Notes under the pieces: model-generated
The model's database searches: none
Seen by the model: the letters and a program-made list of their open reading frames with translations, nothing else
Told to the model about the DNA's origin: nothing
Part shown: piece by piece, positions 9,826 to 17,585 of the stretch
Numbering within the stretch: the stretch's first letter is position 1
Layout: each line of letters starts with the position of its first letter
NCBI GenBank assembly: GCA_052035195.1
Contig: JBPOHU010000003.1
Span: 17,453-81,452, forward strand
DNA: 64,000 nucleotides
Direction: 5' to 3'
Source: Candidatus Nomurabacteria bacterium
Lineage (GTDB): Bacteria; Patescibacteriota; Minisyncoccia; Phycocordibacterales; UBA9973
Position numbers and translations under genes: made by a program

Positions 9826-10293
9826 ATGCAAGCAATACTAGTCTTACACGATATAAGAAGTGCCCAAAATGTGGGGTCTCTTTTTAGGACTTCTGATGCC
9901 CTAGGAATATCAAAAATATATCTAAGTAAAATAACACCTTGCCCAATAGACCGATTCGGAAGAGGGCGTAACGATATAGCCAAAACAGCACTCGGTGCCG
10001 AAAAAAGTATTTCTTGGGAACAGTATGAAGATATATTTAATGTATTAGAAAAATACAAAGCAGAAGGGTATCTTATAGTAGCAATAGAACAATCAAAAAA
10101 TTCTGTAGATTATAAAAAGGTTTTGGCTAAAGAAAAAACTTTATTTATTCTGGGTAATGAAGTAGAAGGTTTATCCAGTGAAATATTGGAAAAGGTGGAT
10201 TTTGTCGCTGAAATACCTATGGCAGGAGATAAGGAGTCTCTTAATGTGTCCGTTGCTGGCGGAGTAGCGTTGTTTAGGATTCTAAACAAATAG
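9826..10293 (+). CDS. SpoU/TrmH family RNA 2'-O-methyltransferase
   Basis: MQAILVLHDIRSAQNVGSLFRTSDALG ... LFILGNEVEGLS ... PMAGDKESLNVSVAGGVALF typical SpoU motifs; start taken at first in-frame ATG after the tRNA. Confidence 0.7.
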   Translation: MQAILVLHDIRSAQNVGSLFRTSDALGISKIYLSKITPCPIDRFGRGRNDIAKTALGAEKSISWEQYEDIFNVLEKYKAEGYLIVAIEQSKNSVDYKKVLAKEKTLFILGNEVEGLSSEILEKVDFVAEIPMAGDKESLNVSVAGGVALFRILNK

Positions 10294-10294
10294 C

Positions 10295-10462
10295 TTATCT
10301 ATTTTTTAGTTCGTCTATTGTATAAGGTCTACCTCCTTCTATGGGGGCTGGTTGCTCTAATAGTTGTCTATTTCTATTTTCAAATCTAGTTGGTCCGCCA
10401 GTAATAAGCCAAAGTATCCAAAGACCTATAAAAGCATATATAAACCATTTTAGTTCATCCAT
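10295..10462 (-). CDS. Small membrane protein (55 aa), hypothetical
   Basis: ORF MDELKWFIYAFIGLWILWLITGGPTRFENRNRQLLEQPAPIEGGRPYTIDELKNR with one TM; below the ORF-track size cut-off. Confidence 0.3.
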   Translation of the reverse strand: MDELKWFIYAFIGLWILWLITGGPTRFENRNRQLLEQPAPIEGGRPYTIDELKNR

Positions 10463-10483
10463 ATATTTATTATTGTAACATTT

Positions 10484-11407
10484 TTATTTTTGATGGATAT
10501 CACAAAAGTGGGCACTTCTTGCGCCAACCATGACCTTTCTTATTATTCCTTCGCAACCCTTTCTTTTGCAGGGTTTTCCTGTGAGCCGATATGCGTTGTG
10601 ATCATTTTGAAAGCGACCTCTTTTGCCATCAATGTCTCTATAGTCACTCATAGAGTCTCCGCCAAAGTCTATTCCTTTTTGTAGAACCTTTTTCATAGCT
10701 TTATACATCAAGCCAAATTCTTTTTTATTTATATTTTTTACTGAGCGTAATGGATGTACCCCGGATTCCCAGAGTAATTCATCTGCGTAGATGTTGCCGA
10801 TACCAGATACAATTTTAGGATCAAGCAAGACTTGTTTTATAGGACTGTTTGGTTTTTTTGAGATTCTTTTTATAAAGTTTTCTAGACTGAAATTTGCCTC
10901 TAGTGGTTCAGGTCCGTGGTGTTTCAAATGAACAGAGTCATAAAGACTATCAGTTTTTATCAAGGTTACTTTTGCAAATTTACGAACATCTGAAAGAACT
11001 AGATGTTTACTATTTTCAAATGAGAAAACGACATGAATAAATCTATTGTATGGGTCTTTGAGAGCTTCATTTTTTTCTTCTCGGTGGGGTGTCCATTTGT
11101 TTTGCTTTTTATCAAAATCATACTTACCGTACATCATGTGGCCGGTCATTTTCATGTGGACTAGTATGGTGTAACTATTATTTAAATGTATGAGTATGTT
11201 TTTTGCTCTTCTTTCTGCTTTTACTACCTTTGCATTTTTAACAGTTTTTCTGAAAAATTTATAAAAGACCTCATCTTTTAATGTGCCTATAAATTGTTTA
11301 ATAGGATTTGGTATAGCAAGATCTGTCCAAACATCAGTTATGGTTTGGCCTTTTGCTTTGCGGTTGATACCGTCTACTGTTGTTTGTACTTCTGGGAGCT
11401 CGGGCAT
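10484..11407 (-). CDS. mutM: Formamidopyrimidine/endonuclease VIII family DNA glycosylase (Fpg/Nei)
   Basis: N-terminal MPELPEV catalytic Pro; C-terminal zinc finger CKRKGC...CDIHQK. Confidence 0.8.
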   Translation of the reverse strand: MPELPEVQTTVDGINRKAKGQTITDVWTDLAIPNPIKQFIGTLKDEVFYKFFRKTVKNAKVVKAERRAKNILIHLNNSYTILVHMKMTGHMMYGKYDFDKKQNKWTPHREEKNEALKDPYNRFIHVVFSFENSKHLVLSDVRKFAKVTLIKTDSLYDSVHLKHHGPEPLEANFSLENFIKRISKKPNSPIKQVLLDPKIVSGIGNIYADELLWESGVHPLRSVKNINKKEFGLMYKAMKKVLQKGIDFGGDSMSDYRDIDGKRGRFQNDHNAYRLTGKPCKRKGCEGIIRKVMVGARSAHFCDIHQK

Positions 11408-11956
11408 TTATTTTTGAATTATTTTTAGAGCCTCAGTTATTTGTTTTTCTATTGGTAGACTAGAATCTACAGCTCCAACGACATTTCTTATCTGTGCATC
11501 TTTGTACCCAAGAGATAGAAGTGCTTCTACAAGGTCTGTACTTGCTGATTGTTCAGAGGTCACAAAGTTCTCAACTTTGTCCTTTAGGTCTATTACTACT
11601 TTTTCTGAGGTCTTCTTACCTATGCCTGGTACTAGGGCTATAGCCTTGGCGTCACCCATTTTTATAATTCTAACTAAGTCAGGGAGTGTATAGAGTGTGA
11701 GCATTTGGAGCGCAGTCTTTGGTCCAACCCCACTTACACTTATAAGGATTTTGAATAAATCTTTTTCTTCACTACTTTGAAAACCATAAAGTTCGTGGGC
11801 GTCATCTTTTATTACTAAATGAGTGTACAGAGAGACATTTTGGCCAATAGAAACTATAAAAGGGGGAGTGAAAACGCAGTAGCCCAAGCCTCCGACGTCT
11901 ACCGTAAGCTCTTTTTCTTTTTGCTCTATCACTTTTCCAGAGATGCGAGATATCAT
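11408..11956 (-). CDS. ruvA: Holliday junction DNA helicase RuvA
   Basis: MISRISGKV...GYCVF..., HhH motifs ISVSGVGPKTALQML and LVPGIGKKTSEKV. Confidence 0.85.
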   Translation of the reverse strand: MISRISGKVIEQKEKELTVDVGGLGYCVFTPPFIVSIGQNVSLYTHLVIKDDAHELYGFQSSEEKDLFKILISVSGVGPKTALQMLTLYTLPDLVRIIKMGDAKAIALVPGIGKKTSEKVVIDLKDKVENFVTSEQSASTDLVEALLSLGYKDAQIRNVVGAVDSSLPIEKQITEALKIIQK

Positions 11957-12038
11957 ATCCTTTATAATACTTGTTCAGGGTACTAACTACAAGCTTCTAT
12001 TGCGGAAATAAGGCTTTCCTGGTATAGTCTCTCCACAT

Positions 12039-12302
12039 ATGCCAATCACCAGAAATGCAAAAAAAGCCCTCCGATCTTCACTTAAAAAGAAGGCGGTAAA
12101 TGATCGTGTTAAAAAGACCCTTAAGGAAGGTCTAAAAGCTACTCAAAAGCTCTCTTTAGCCAAGAAATGGAAGGAAGCTAAGGCTTCTCTATCAGAAGGT
12201 TACAGTGCTATTGATAAGGCTGTTAAGAAAGGTGTTATCAAGAAAAACACAGCTGCTCGAAAGAAATCTCTTCTTTCTCGAATTGCTAAGGAAACAAAAT
12301 AA
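12039..12302 (+). CDS. rpsT: 30S ribosomal protein S20
   Basis: 87-aa Lys/Ala-rich protein, MPITRNAKKALRSS...AARKKSLLSRIAK. Confidence 0.7.
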   Translation: MPITRNAKKALRSSLKKKAVNDRVKKTLKEGLKATQKLSLAKKWKEAKASLSEGYSAIDKAVKKGVIKKNTAARKKSLLSRIAKETK

Positions 12303-12304
12303 AA

Positions 12305-12335
12305 AAAGGGTTGCTCGATAGGGCAACCTTTTTTG
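12305..12335 (+). terminator. Rho-independent terminator
   Basis: gggttgctcgatagggcaacc hairpin plus T-run. Confidence 0.6.
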
Positions 12336-12419
12336 TTTTCTGTGGAACTCGCTAATCACTCAGGCAGTCCTCGATGCACAAAAGAAGTTACCCTCTCTCA
12401 CTTTTGGTATACTACAAGC

Positions 12420-12686
12420 ATGTTATATGAATTTTATGGAGAAGAATGTCCTCACTGCAAGAAAATGCTTAAGCTTACAGATAAGCTCATGAAAGAATTT
12501 CCTGATGTAAAAATAGTTCGCAAGGAGGTCTGGCACAACAAAGAAAATATGGAAATGGTTAAACAATTCGACAAAGATGATGGTTGTGGAGGTTTACCTT
12601 TTTATTATGATGACCAAACAAAGAAGTGGCTTTGTGGGGAAGTGAAGTATGAGGAATTGAAAGGGTGGGCTGGGATATCTGTGTAG
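12420..12686 (+). CDS. Small thioredoxin-fold protein (CPHC active site)
   Basis: MLYEFYGEECPHCKKM... glutaredoxin/thioredoxin-like, 88 aa; start at ATG 12420 in frame with ORF-track 12333. Confidence 0.6.
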   Translation: MLYEFYGEECPHCKKMLKLTDKLMKEFPDVKIVRKEVWHNKENMEMVKQFDKDDGCGGLPFYYDDQTKKWLCGEVKYEELKGWAGISV

Positions 12687-12752
12687 ATGAGGGGAAATAA
12701 AAAAATTTGACTTTGTTTTTATGTAGGGTTAGCATAAAACCAAATTACTTTT

Positions 12753-12845
12753 ATGACTATAAAAACTAAAACACTTCAGATACTTTTTGGTTTTATTTTA
12801 ATTTTGATATTTTTATTTTGCTTTGCTAAGGGCTGGATATCTTAG
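12753..12845 (+). CDS. Candidate 30-aa hydrophobic peptide
   Basis: MTIKTKTLQILFGFILILIFLFCFAKGWIS, immediately followed by a terminator; speculative. Confidence 0.2.
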   Translation: MTIKTKTLQILFGFILILIFLFCFAKGWIS

Positions 12846-12854
12846 ATAGCTAAA

Positions 12855-12877
12855 GCACCCGGAGGGTGTTTTTTTTA
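12855..12877 (+). terminator. Rho-independent terminator
   Basis: caccc-gga-gggtg hairpin plus T8. Confidence 0.5.
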
Positions 12878-12943
12878 TTGTCCGTGTAGCATCGGAAAAG
12901 TGGAACCACCTACCCGTATGGATATTTGAAGCTTCTCAATACA

Positions 12944-12972
12944 TTGACATTTGTTATATAATATGCTATTAT
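12944..12972 (+). promoter_or_regulatory. Sigma70-like promoter TTGACA-17-TATTAT
   Basis: TTGACA 12944-12949, 17-nt spacer, TATTAT 12967-12972. Confidence 0.45.
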
Positions 12973-12993
12973 ATAAATATAGTTCCTTAAAGT

Positions 12994-13048
12994 AGTTTTA
13001 GTGTTTTACGGAAGCCCTCATGTTGGGGTTTGCGTTAAACACTAAAAC
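12994..13048 (+). promoter_or_regulatory. Long 5' leader stem-loop upstream of gene 13060
   Basis: 13-bp stem AGTTTTAGTGTTT / AAACACTAAAACT enclosing a 29-nt loop; sits between the promoter and the start codon. Confidence 0.35.
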
Positions 13049-13059
13049 TAAATAGATAT

Positions 13060-13599
13060 ATGAAAAAGATACTTATTGTTGATGATACTCAAGCAAATCT
13101 TGATGCAGCCAAAGCCTTCTTTTCAACCGTTCCTGGTTATGAGTTTGTGTATACTACAAACAGAAAAGATGCGGAAGCTTGTCTTCTCGAGGTTGATGGG
13201 TTAATTACAGATAGAAGTTTGCCATGGACAGACACCGAGCAATTCAATTGCGAAATACCAAGCGGAGCCTCTAAAAGTTTATTCCCTAATTACCTTCAAA
13301 GTAATGGCCACTACCTGCTTTTGAAGTCTTGCTTGTTAAACAAACCGTCTATCATGGCTACAGATCATGGAAAGTTCGGTCTAATGAAATTAGCAAACCA
13401 AAGTAAGTGGCAAGAAGATTCCTCGCTAGAGGATATAATCTTCCTGATGGAAAACAGAACAACGCTTGATACCTATTTCACATTCGGTAAACATCCCGCA
13501 GTAAAAGAAATTCAAGTTTTAGGATGGTATGAAAATTTATCGAAGACTACTCATCAAGCTTGGAAGTTGGCATGGGAAGAAATTCAAAAACAATTTTAA
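13060..13599 (+). CDS. Hypothetical protein with receiver-like N-terminus
   Basis: N-terminus MKKILIVDDTQANLDAAKAFF...VDGLITD resembles a CheY-like receiver; the remainder is unrecognised. Confidence 0.45.
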   Translation: MKKILIVDDTQANLDAAKAFFSTVPGYEFVYTTNRKDAEACLLEVDGLITDRSLPWTDTEQFNCEIPSGASKSLFPNYLQSNGHYLLLKSCLLNKPSIMATDHGKFGLMKLANQSKWQEDSSLEDIIFLMENRTTLDTYFTFGKHPAVKEIQVLGWYENLSKTTHQAWKLAWEEIQKQF

Positions 13600-13619
13600 G
13601 TTCAAAGAAATCTGGCACT

Positions 13620-13653
13620 GACCGTAACGATAAAACGTCACGGTCTTTTTTTT
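13620..13653 (+). terminator. Rho-independent terminator
   Basis: gaccgtaacg-ataaaa-cgtcacggtc hairpin plus T9. Confidence 0.5.
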
Positions 13654-13665
13654 GTTTAGAAAAAT

Positions 13666-13813
13666 GGTCCTCTCGGTAGGACCGCTACGCTTATCTCCCT
13701 CGACTAAAACTGTTGCAACAGTTTTGTCTGGGCACCGACTCAACTGTTTTGTCTGCTGACAAAACATGTTTCCGTCGTTCGATTCCTACACGCACGACAA
13801 GAAGTTGTCGTGC
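13666..13813 (+). repeat. tRNA-linked structured repeat element, copy A (convergent with tRNA-Arg-GCG)
   Basis: Homologous to copies B, C and D. Blocks CTCCCTCGAC, GTCTGGGCACC, CTGCTG, AAAACAT and CCG.GTTCGATTCCTACACGCA, then terminal hairpin gcacgacaagaagttgtcgtgc. 5' end ggtcctctcggtagga is a direct copy of + strand 13859-13873 (the tRNA 3' end); gttcgattcctac is an inverted copy of the tRNA T arm. Confidence 0.6.
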
Positions 13814-13859
13814 TCTCAAGGATAATGTAAAAAGCCCCGCATGGGGGCTCATTACATTG

Positions 13860-13931
13860 TCCTCTCGGTAGGAATCGAACCTACATCATAACTTCCGCAA
13901 AGTTACGTCCTATCCATTGAACGACGAGAGG
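13860..13931 (-). tRNA. tRNA-Arg (anticodon GCG, unusual)
   Basis: Manual fold: acceptor CCTCTCG/CGAGAGG, D stem GTTC/GGAC, anticodon stem TAACT/AGTTA, loop TTGCGGA, T arm GTAGG-TTCGATT-CCTAC; A20 present; 72 nt. Confidence 0.6.
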
Positions 13932-13940
13932 GTATTTAGA

Positions 13941-14396
13941 TTAAAACCCGATCTTATCAAAAAGAGCGACACTTCTTGATTCTCGGAGCTCTTCTTCTTT
14001 TGCGTATGGGGCTATAGCCTCACGAACCTGGCTGGCGCTAACTCCTTCTAATGGGAGAGAGAGTGTTGGTATAAAAGAAGTCTTAACGAGCAGTAACAGC
14101 TTAACTTCTTTCCCAGTTTCGTCAAGCCAGAAGCTAGTGATGTTTTTGTAGTCTATAAGTTCTTCGTTTATAGATACTCCAAGCTCAGATATTGTTACGG
14201 ATAGTTCTTTAGGGTGCTTAAGTGCATAGATGATAGTGACTGCTCCTGCTATTAAAAGAAAAATACCAAAGAAAATATTTCCATAAAAGAAAGAAACAAC
14301 AGAGGATAATACTGACACAAGACCAACTGTCCAAATCCAGTCAGGGCTCTTGTCCTTTTTTTCAAATTCAAGTGTTTTCCAAGATAATGGCTTCAT
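13941..14396 (-). CDS. Hypothetical membrane protein
   Basis: 151 aa, two TM segments near the N-terminus, no family recognised. Confidence 0.45.
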   Translation of the reverse strand: MKPLSWKTLEFEKKDKSPDWIWTVGLVSVLSSVVSFFYGNIFFGIFLLIAGAVTIIYALKHPKELSVTISELGVSINEELIDYKNITSFWLDETGKEVKLLLLVKTSFIPTLSLPLEGVSASQVREAIAPYAKEEELRESRSVALFDKIGF

Positions 14397-14455
14397 GTTT
14401 TAAATTGTATCATGAAAAAACCACCACAGGTTTGTGGTGGTTTTTTATTTTTTAT

Positions 14456-14767
14456 TTATTCTGGTTTTTTATCAAGCTTATCTAGTCCTAGTGCCTTAAC
14501 TCCAAAATATATAACAGCTGCTACTATAACAAAATCTACAACAGTAGAAATGAAAGCTCCATATTTAAGAGTTGCACCGCCCATTTCAACTGCCTTGTCA
14601 GCAAGATCAACTTTTCCTAATGCTAGGCCAACTAGGGGATTTATGACATTTTCTACCAAAGAAGAAACTATCTTTGATACTGCTCCTCCTAGGATAAATC
14701 CGACAGCAAGTCCGACTACTCCTTGAGCTCTTATAAAGTCCATAAACCCTTGTAACTTTTGATTCAT
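14456..14767 (-). CDS. mscL: Large-conductance mechanosensitive channel MscL
   Basis: MNQKLQGFMDFIRAQGVVGLAVGFILGGAVSKIVSSLVENVINPLVG, classic MscL N-terminus and TM1; 103 aa. Confidence 0.85.
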   Translation of the reverse strand: MNQKLQGFMDFIRAQGVVGLAVGFILGGAVSKIVSSLVENVINPLVGLALGKVDLADKAVEMGGATLKYGAFISTVVDFVIVAAVIYFGVKALGLDKLDKKPE

Positions 14768-14831
14768 AAAATTGATTAAATTAGTATTATGGTTTTAGTA
14801 TAGCAAATTAGTTATTTTGGTAAGGTTAATA

Positions 14832-14975
14832 GGGGATTCTCCCTCGACTTTTTCCTCGTCAGTCACTCGGAAAAGTCTGGGCACCAGCTCGCTTGTTTTT
14901 CCTGCTGGAAAAACATAGCTCCGCTGTTCGAATCCCCACACACGCAAAGCAGTTTGCGTGTTCCACCTCCGCAAA
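14832..14975 (+). repeat. tRNA-linked structured repeat element, copy B (convergent with tRNA-Ser)
   Basis: GGGGATTC...GAATCCCC closing stem. Hairpin 1 is GACTTTTTCC-loop TCGTCAGTCACTC-GGAAAAGTC. Hairpin 2 is GTTTTTCC-TGCT-GGAAAAAC. Terminal hairpin acgcaaagcagtttgcgt. GTTCGAATCCCC matches the tRNA-Ser T arm. Confidence 0.6.
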
Positions 14976-15010
14976 TAAAAATTACCCAATTTATGGGTAA
15001 TTTTTATTTG

Positions 15011-15095
15011 CGGAGGTGGGGGGATTCGAACTCCCGGTACCTTGCGGTACTCCTGTTTTCAAGACAGGTGCACTAAACCACTATGCGACACCTCC
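15011..15095 (-). tRNA. tRNA-Ser (anticodon TGA)
   Basis: Acceptor GGAGGTG/CACCTCC, anticodon stem-loop CCTGT-CTTGAAA-ACAGG, long variable arm GTACCGCAAGGTAC, T arm GGGAG-TTCGAAT-CCCCC; 85 nt. Confidence 0.8.
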
Positions 15096-15172
15096 AATAT
15101 TTATTTTTCAGATAACAGGACGAATGTACCATAAGAACGAGCTTTTTTCAATCTTTGTGATAATCTAAAAGT

Positions 15173-15559
15173 ATGAAATACCTAGGTGTCGATTATGGGA
15201 CAAAAAAATCAGGAATAGCCGTTTCGGATGAAGAGGCTTCTTTTGCTTTCCCTAAAGAAATAGTTTCAACTGATTCTTTGGTTAGCTATGTAGCAGATTT
15301 TTCCAAAAAAGAGCCTCTGCAGGGAATAGTCTGGGGGCTTTCTTTGGCAAGTAACGGTGCTGAAAATGATATAACAGCACAAGTTCAACAGCTAGCAAAA
15401 AAAATAGAAACACAAACCAGTATCTCTGCATTTTTTATCAGAGAAGACTTTTCTTCTGTTGAGGCCCATCGCTATCAGACGAAGAAGGGTGATAGGGACG
15501 ATAGTGCTGCTGCCATCATCCTTCAAAGATTTCTTGATAAACATAAAAAACACATTTAA
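15173..15559 (+). CDS. ruvX: Holliday junction resolvase-like nuclease YqgF/RuvX
   Basis: MKYLGVDYGTKKSGIAVSD... RNase H-like YqgF signature; 128 aa. Confidence 0.75.
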   Translation: MKYLGVDYGTKKSGIAVSDEEASFAFPKEIVSTDSLVSYVADFSKKEPLQGIVWGLSLASNGAENDITAQVQQLAKKIETQTSISAFFIREDFSSVEAHRYQTKKGDRDDSAAAIILQRFLDKHKKHI

Positions 15560-15569
15560 ACTAAAATAT

Positions 15570-15944
15570 ATGGAAGAACAAACAATTAAAAAAGAAGAAG
15601 TCGTACAAAAGCCAGACTATCTAACTATAGAAGAGTTTTCAAAACTGGAAGCTCGTATAGGACTAGTTATTTCTGCCCAAGAAATAGAAGGATCAGAAAA
15701 ACTAATTAAATTCACTCTTGATTTTGGTGAAGAATCTCCAAGACAAATCCTCTCTGGTATTAAGGCTTGGTATGACCCCACATCGCTTGTTGGTAAGAAA
15801 ATGCTTTTCGTTGTTAATCTTGCTCCAAGAAAAATGATGGGCTTGGAATCACAAGGCATGCTTATGGCGGTAGACGGTCTTGATGGGGAACCTGTTTTTC
15901 TTATTCCAGAAAAAGATGTTAAGCCAGGATCAAAGGTTAGATAA
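15570..15944 (+). CDS. tRNA-binding domain protein (CsaA/Trbp111/EMAP-like)
   Basis: LEARIGLVISAQEIEGSEKLIKFTLDFGEE...LFVVNLAPRKMMGLESQGML, typical OB-fold tRNA-binding domain; start at ATG 15570. Confidence 0.65.
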   Translation: MEEQTIKKEEVVQKPDYLTIEEFSKLEARIGLVISAQEIEGSEKLIKFTLDFGEESPRQILSGIKAWYDPTSLVGKKMLFVVNLAPRKMMGLESQGMLMAVDGLDGEPVFLIPEKDVKPGSKVR

Positions 15945-15991
15945 TTTTTTTGATATAGTTTTATCTCTTACAATTTCGTATAATAGATAGA

Positions 15992-17065
15992 GTGAATATT
16001 CTAAGTAGATTATTTCCAACACCAAACTCTATTGCTATTCCAACAGTCGGATTAGATTTTTCTGATTCAACTATGAGATTTATGTCCTTGGAGATTCATC
16101 CGAAAGGTCTTTTGCCAAAAAATTTTGCTCAAGCTTCTATTCCGGAAGGTTGCATGAAAGGAGGTAAAATAATAGACACTGAAAAATTTATTAAATTTCT
16201 TAAGCAGATTAAAAAAGATTATAAACTCAAGTACGCTCGTATATCTATTCCGGAGTCACAAGTTTATTCTTTTACTTTGTCTTTAGACTATAGCGCAAGA
16301 GAAGATATAAGAGGTGCCATAGAAGTTCTTATCGAAGACAATATACCTCTTAAAGCCATTGAAACAGTTTTTGATTATCATGTTTTGAGCGTATCTGAAA
16401 AGTCTATAGTTGTTCAGGTGGTGGCCCTCTCTGAAGCTGTTGCAACAAATTATTTTAATGCTTTTGCTGATGCTGGCATTATCCCTGTTAGTTTTGAGCT
16501 TGAAGGACAAGCTATTACTAGAGCAGTTATTGATCCAGAAGATACGGGCTCTTGTATGATTGTTGATTTTGGGGCCAACAGAACTGGTATAACCATCGTT
16601 ACAAATAAGACAGCCATGGTTACCGCTACACTAGACTTCGGAGGTAATACTTTGTCACAAATGTTGGCAAAAGAAATGAACCTTTCTTTTGCTGATGCTG
16701 AAAAGATTAAGAGAGAGCATGGCTTGGCAACACTCGGAGAGCATAAAGATGTTTTTCTAGTTTTAGCAAATGGTATTTCAGTTTTAAAAGACGAAATAAA
16801 TAGGCGTTATGTTTATTGGCACGAAAAGAAAGATCAGCTCGGAGGTTTTCCAGCTATCGATACTATCTATCTTTGTGGCGGGCATAGTAACCTAATAGGT
16901 CTCGATGAGTATTTAAGTGCTAGTTTGAAACTAAAGGTTGTTCAAGTAAATCCTTGGAGAAACTGTTTTTCTTTAGATAAGCATATTCCCCAGATAAATA
17001 AAGAAGTATCTATGAGTTATGTTACCGCTGTAGGGCTTGCTTTAGCTGATTATATATATGATTAA
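15992..17065 (+). CDS. pilM: Type IV pilus assembly protein PilM (actin-like ATPase)
   Basis: 357-aa actin-fold protein (VGLDFSDSTMRF..., IVDFGANRTGITIV) directly upstream of pilN and pilO; alternative (GTG) start. Confidence 0.65.
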   Translation: MNILSRLFPTPNSIAIPTVGLDFSDSTMRFMSLEIHPKGLLPKNFAQASIPEGCMKGGKIIDTEKFIKFLKQIKKDYKLKYARISIPESQVYSFTLSLDYSAREDIRGAIEVLIEDNIPLKAIETVFDYHVLSVSEKSIVVQVVALSEAVATNYFNAFADAGIIPVSFELEGQAITRAVIDPEDTGSCMIVDFGANRTGITIVTNKTAMVTATLDFGGNTLSQMLAKEMNLSFADAEKIKREHGLATLGEHKDVFLVLANGISVLKDEINRRYVYWHEKKDQLGGFPAIDTIYLCGGHSNLIGLDEYLSASLKLKVVQVNPWRNCFSLDKHIPQINKEVSMSYVTAVGLALADYIYD

Positions 17066-17585
17066 TCTCTTACCTTACAAAGAAAAAAAGAGTATCGAAA
17101 GAATAAGAATGATCAGAATCATTCAAGCTGTAGTTGTCGGTATGGCTGTTTTGATAGTTGTTTCTGCTATTTTGTTAATACCAACTCTTATAACAATAAG
17201 GTCACGCTTTTCAATTGCTTCAAATCAAATAAGCGCATTAGAGAGTGGGGGTAGTCTAGCTTCAGACGTAGATCTATCTGTTTTAGAGAGTAGAGCTAAA
17301 TCCGTTAGAGATATTTTGGCGATACCAGAGAAACCACAAGTGACTGACTATATAGATATAGTCCGCTCTATTGTTCCTAGTTCTGTGACCATAGAGCGCT
17401 TTTCAAGCGAAAATGAAAATCTTCTTGAGGTTTTTGGTACGGCTGAAAGTAGAGAAATTTTGCAGGATTTTATAAATAAACTTGAAGCCCAAGAAAGTAT
17501 TGCTTTGGTTGATAGTCCTGTTTCTAATTTTATTAAAAACAAAAATGGTAGTTTTAAGCTAACTATTTCATTTAAAACACAATGA
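17058..17585 (+). CDS. pilN: Type IV pilus assembly protein PilN
   Basis: N-terminus MINLLPYKEKK, a hallmark of PilN, followed by one TM and a periplasmic domain. Confidence 0.7.
   Translation: MINLLPYKEKKSIERIRMIRIIQAVVVGMAVLIVVSAILLIPTLITIRSRFSIASNQISALESGGSLASDVDLSVLESRAKSVRDILAIPEKPQVTDYIDIVRSIVPSSVTIERFSSENENLLEVFGTAESREILQDFINKLEAQESIALVDSPVSNFIKNKNGSFKLTISFKTQ

Noticed and set aside
14832-14975. RNase P RNA hypothesis for element B (GGAAAAGTCTGGGCACC resembles the P4 strand GGAAAGUCCGGGCUCC)
   Set aside because: Element is only ~140 nt and present in 4 divergent copies. The GGAAAAG is the paired 3' strand of a local hairpin and is absent from copies A and D. No P4 3' partner (ACAGAAcCCGGCUUA) nearby.
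14832-14975. tmRNA hypothesis for element B (5' GGGGATTC..., 3' ...TTCGAATCCCCA resembling a tRNA-like domain)
   Set aside because: No T-stem pairing, no tag-peptide reading frame, too short, and the terminal sequences simply mirror whichever tRNA lies adjacent.
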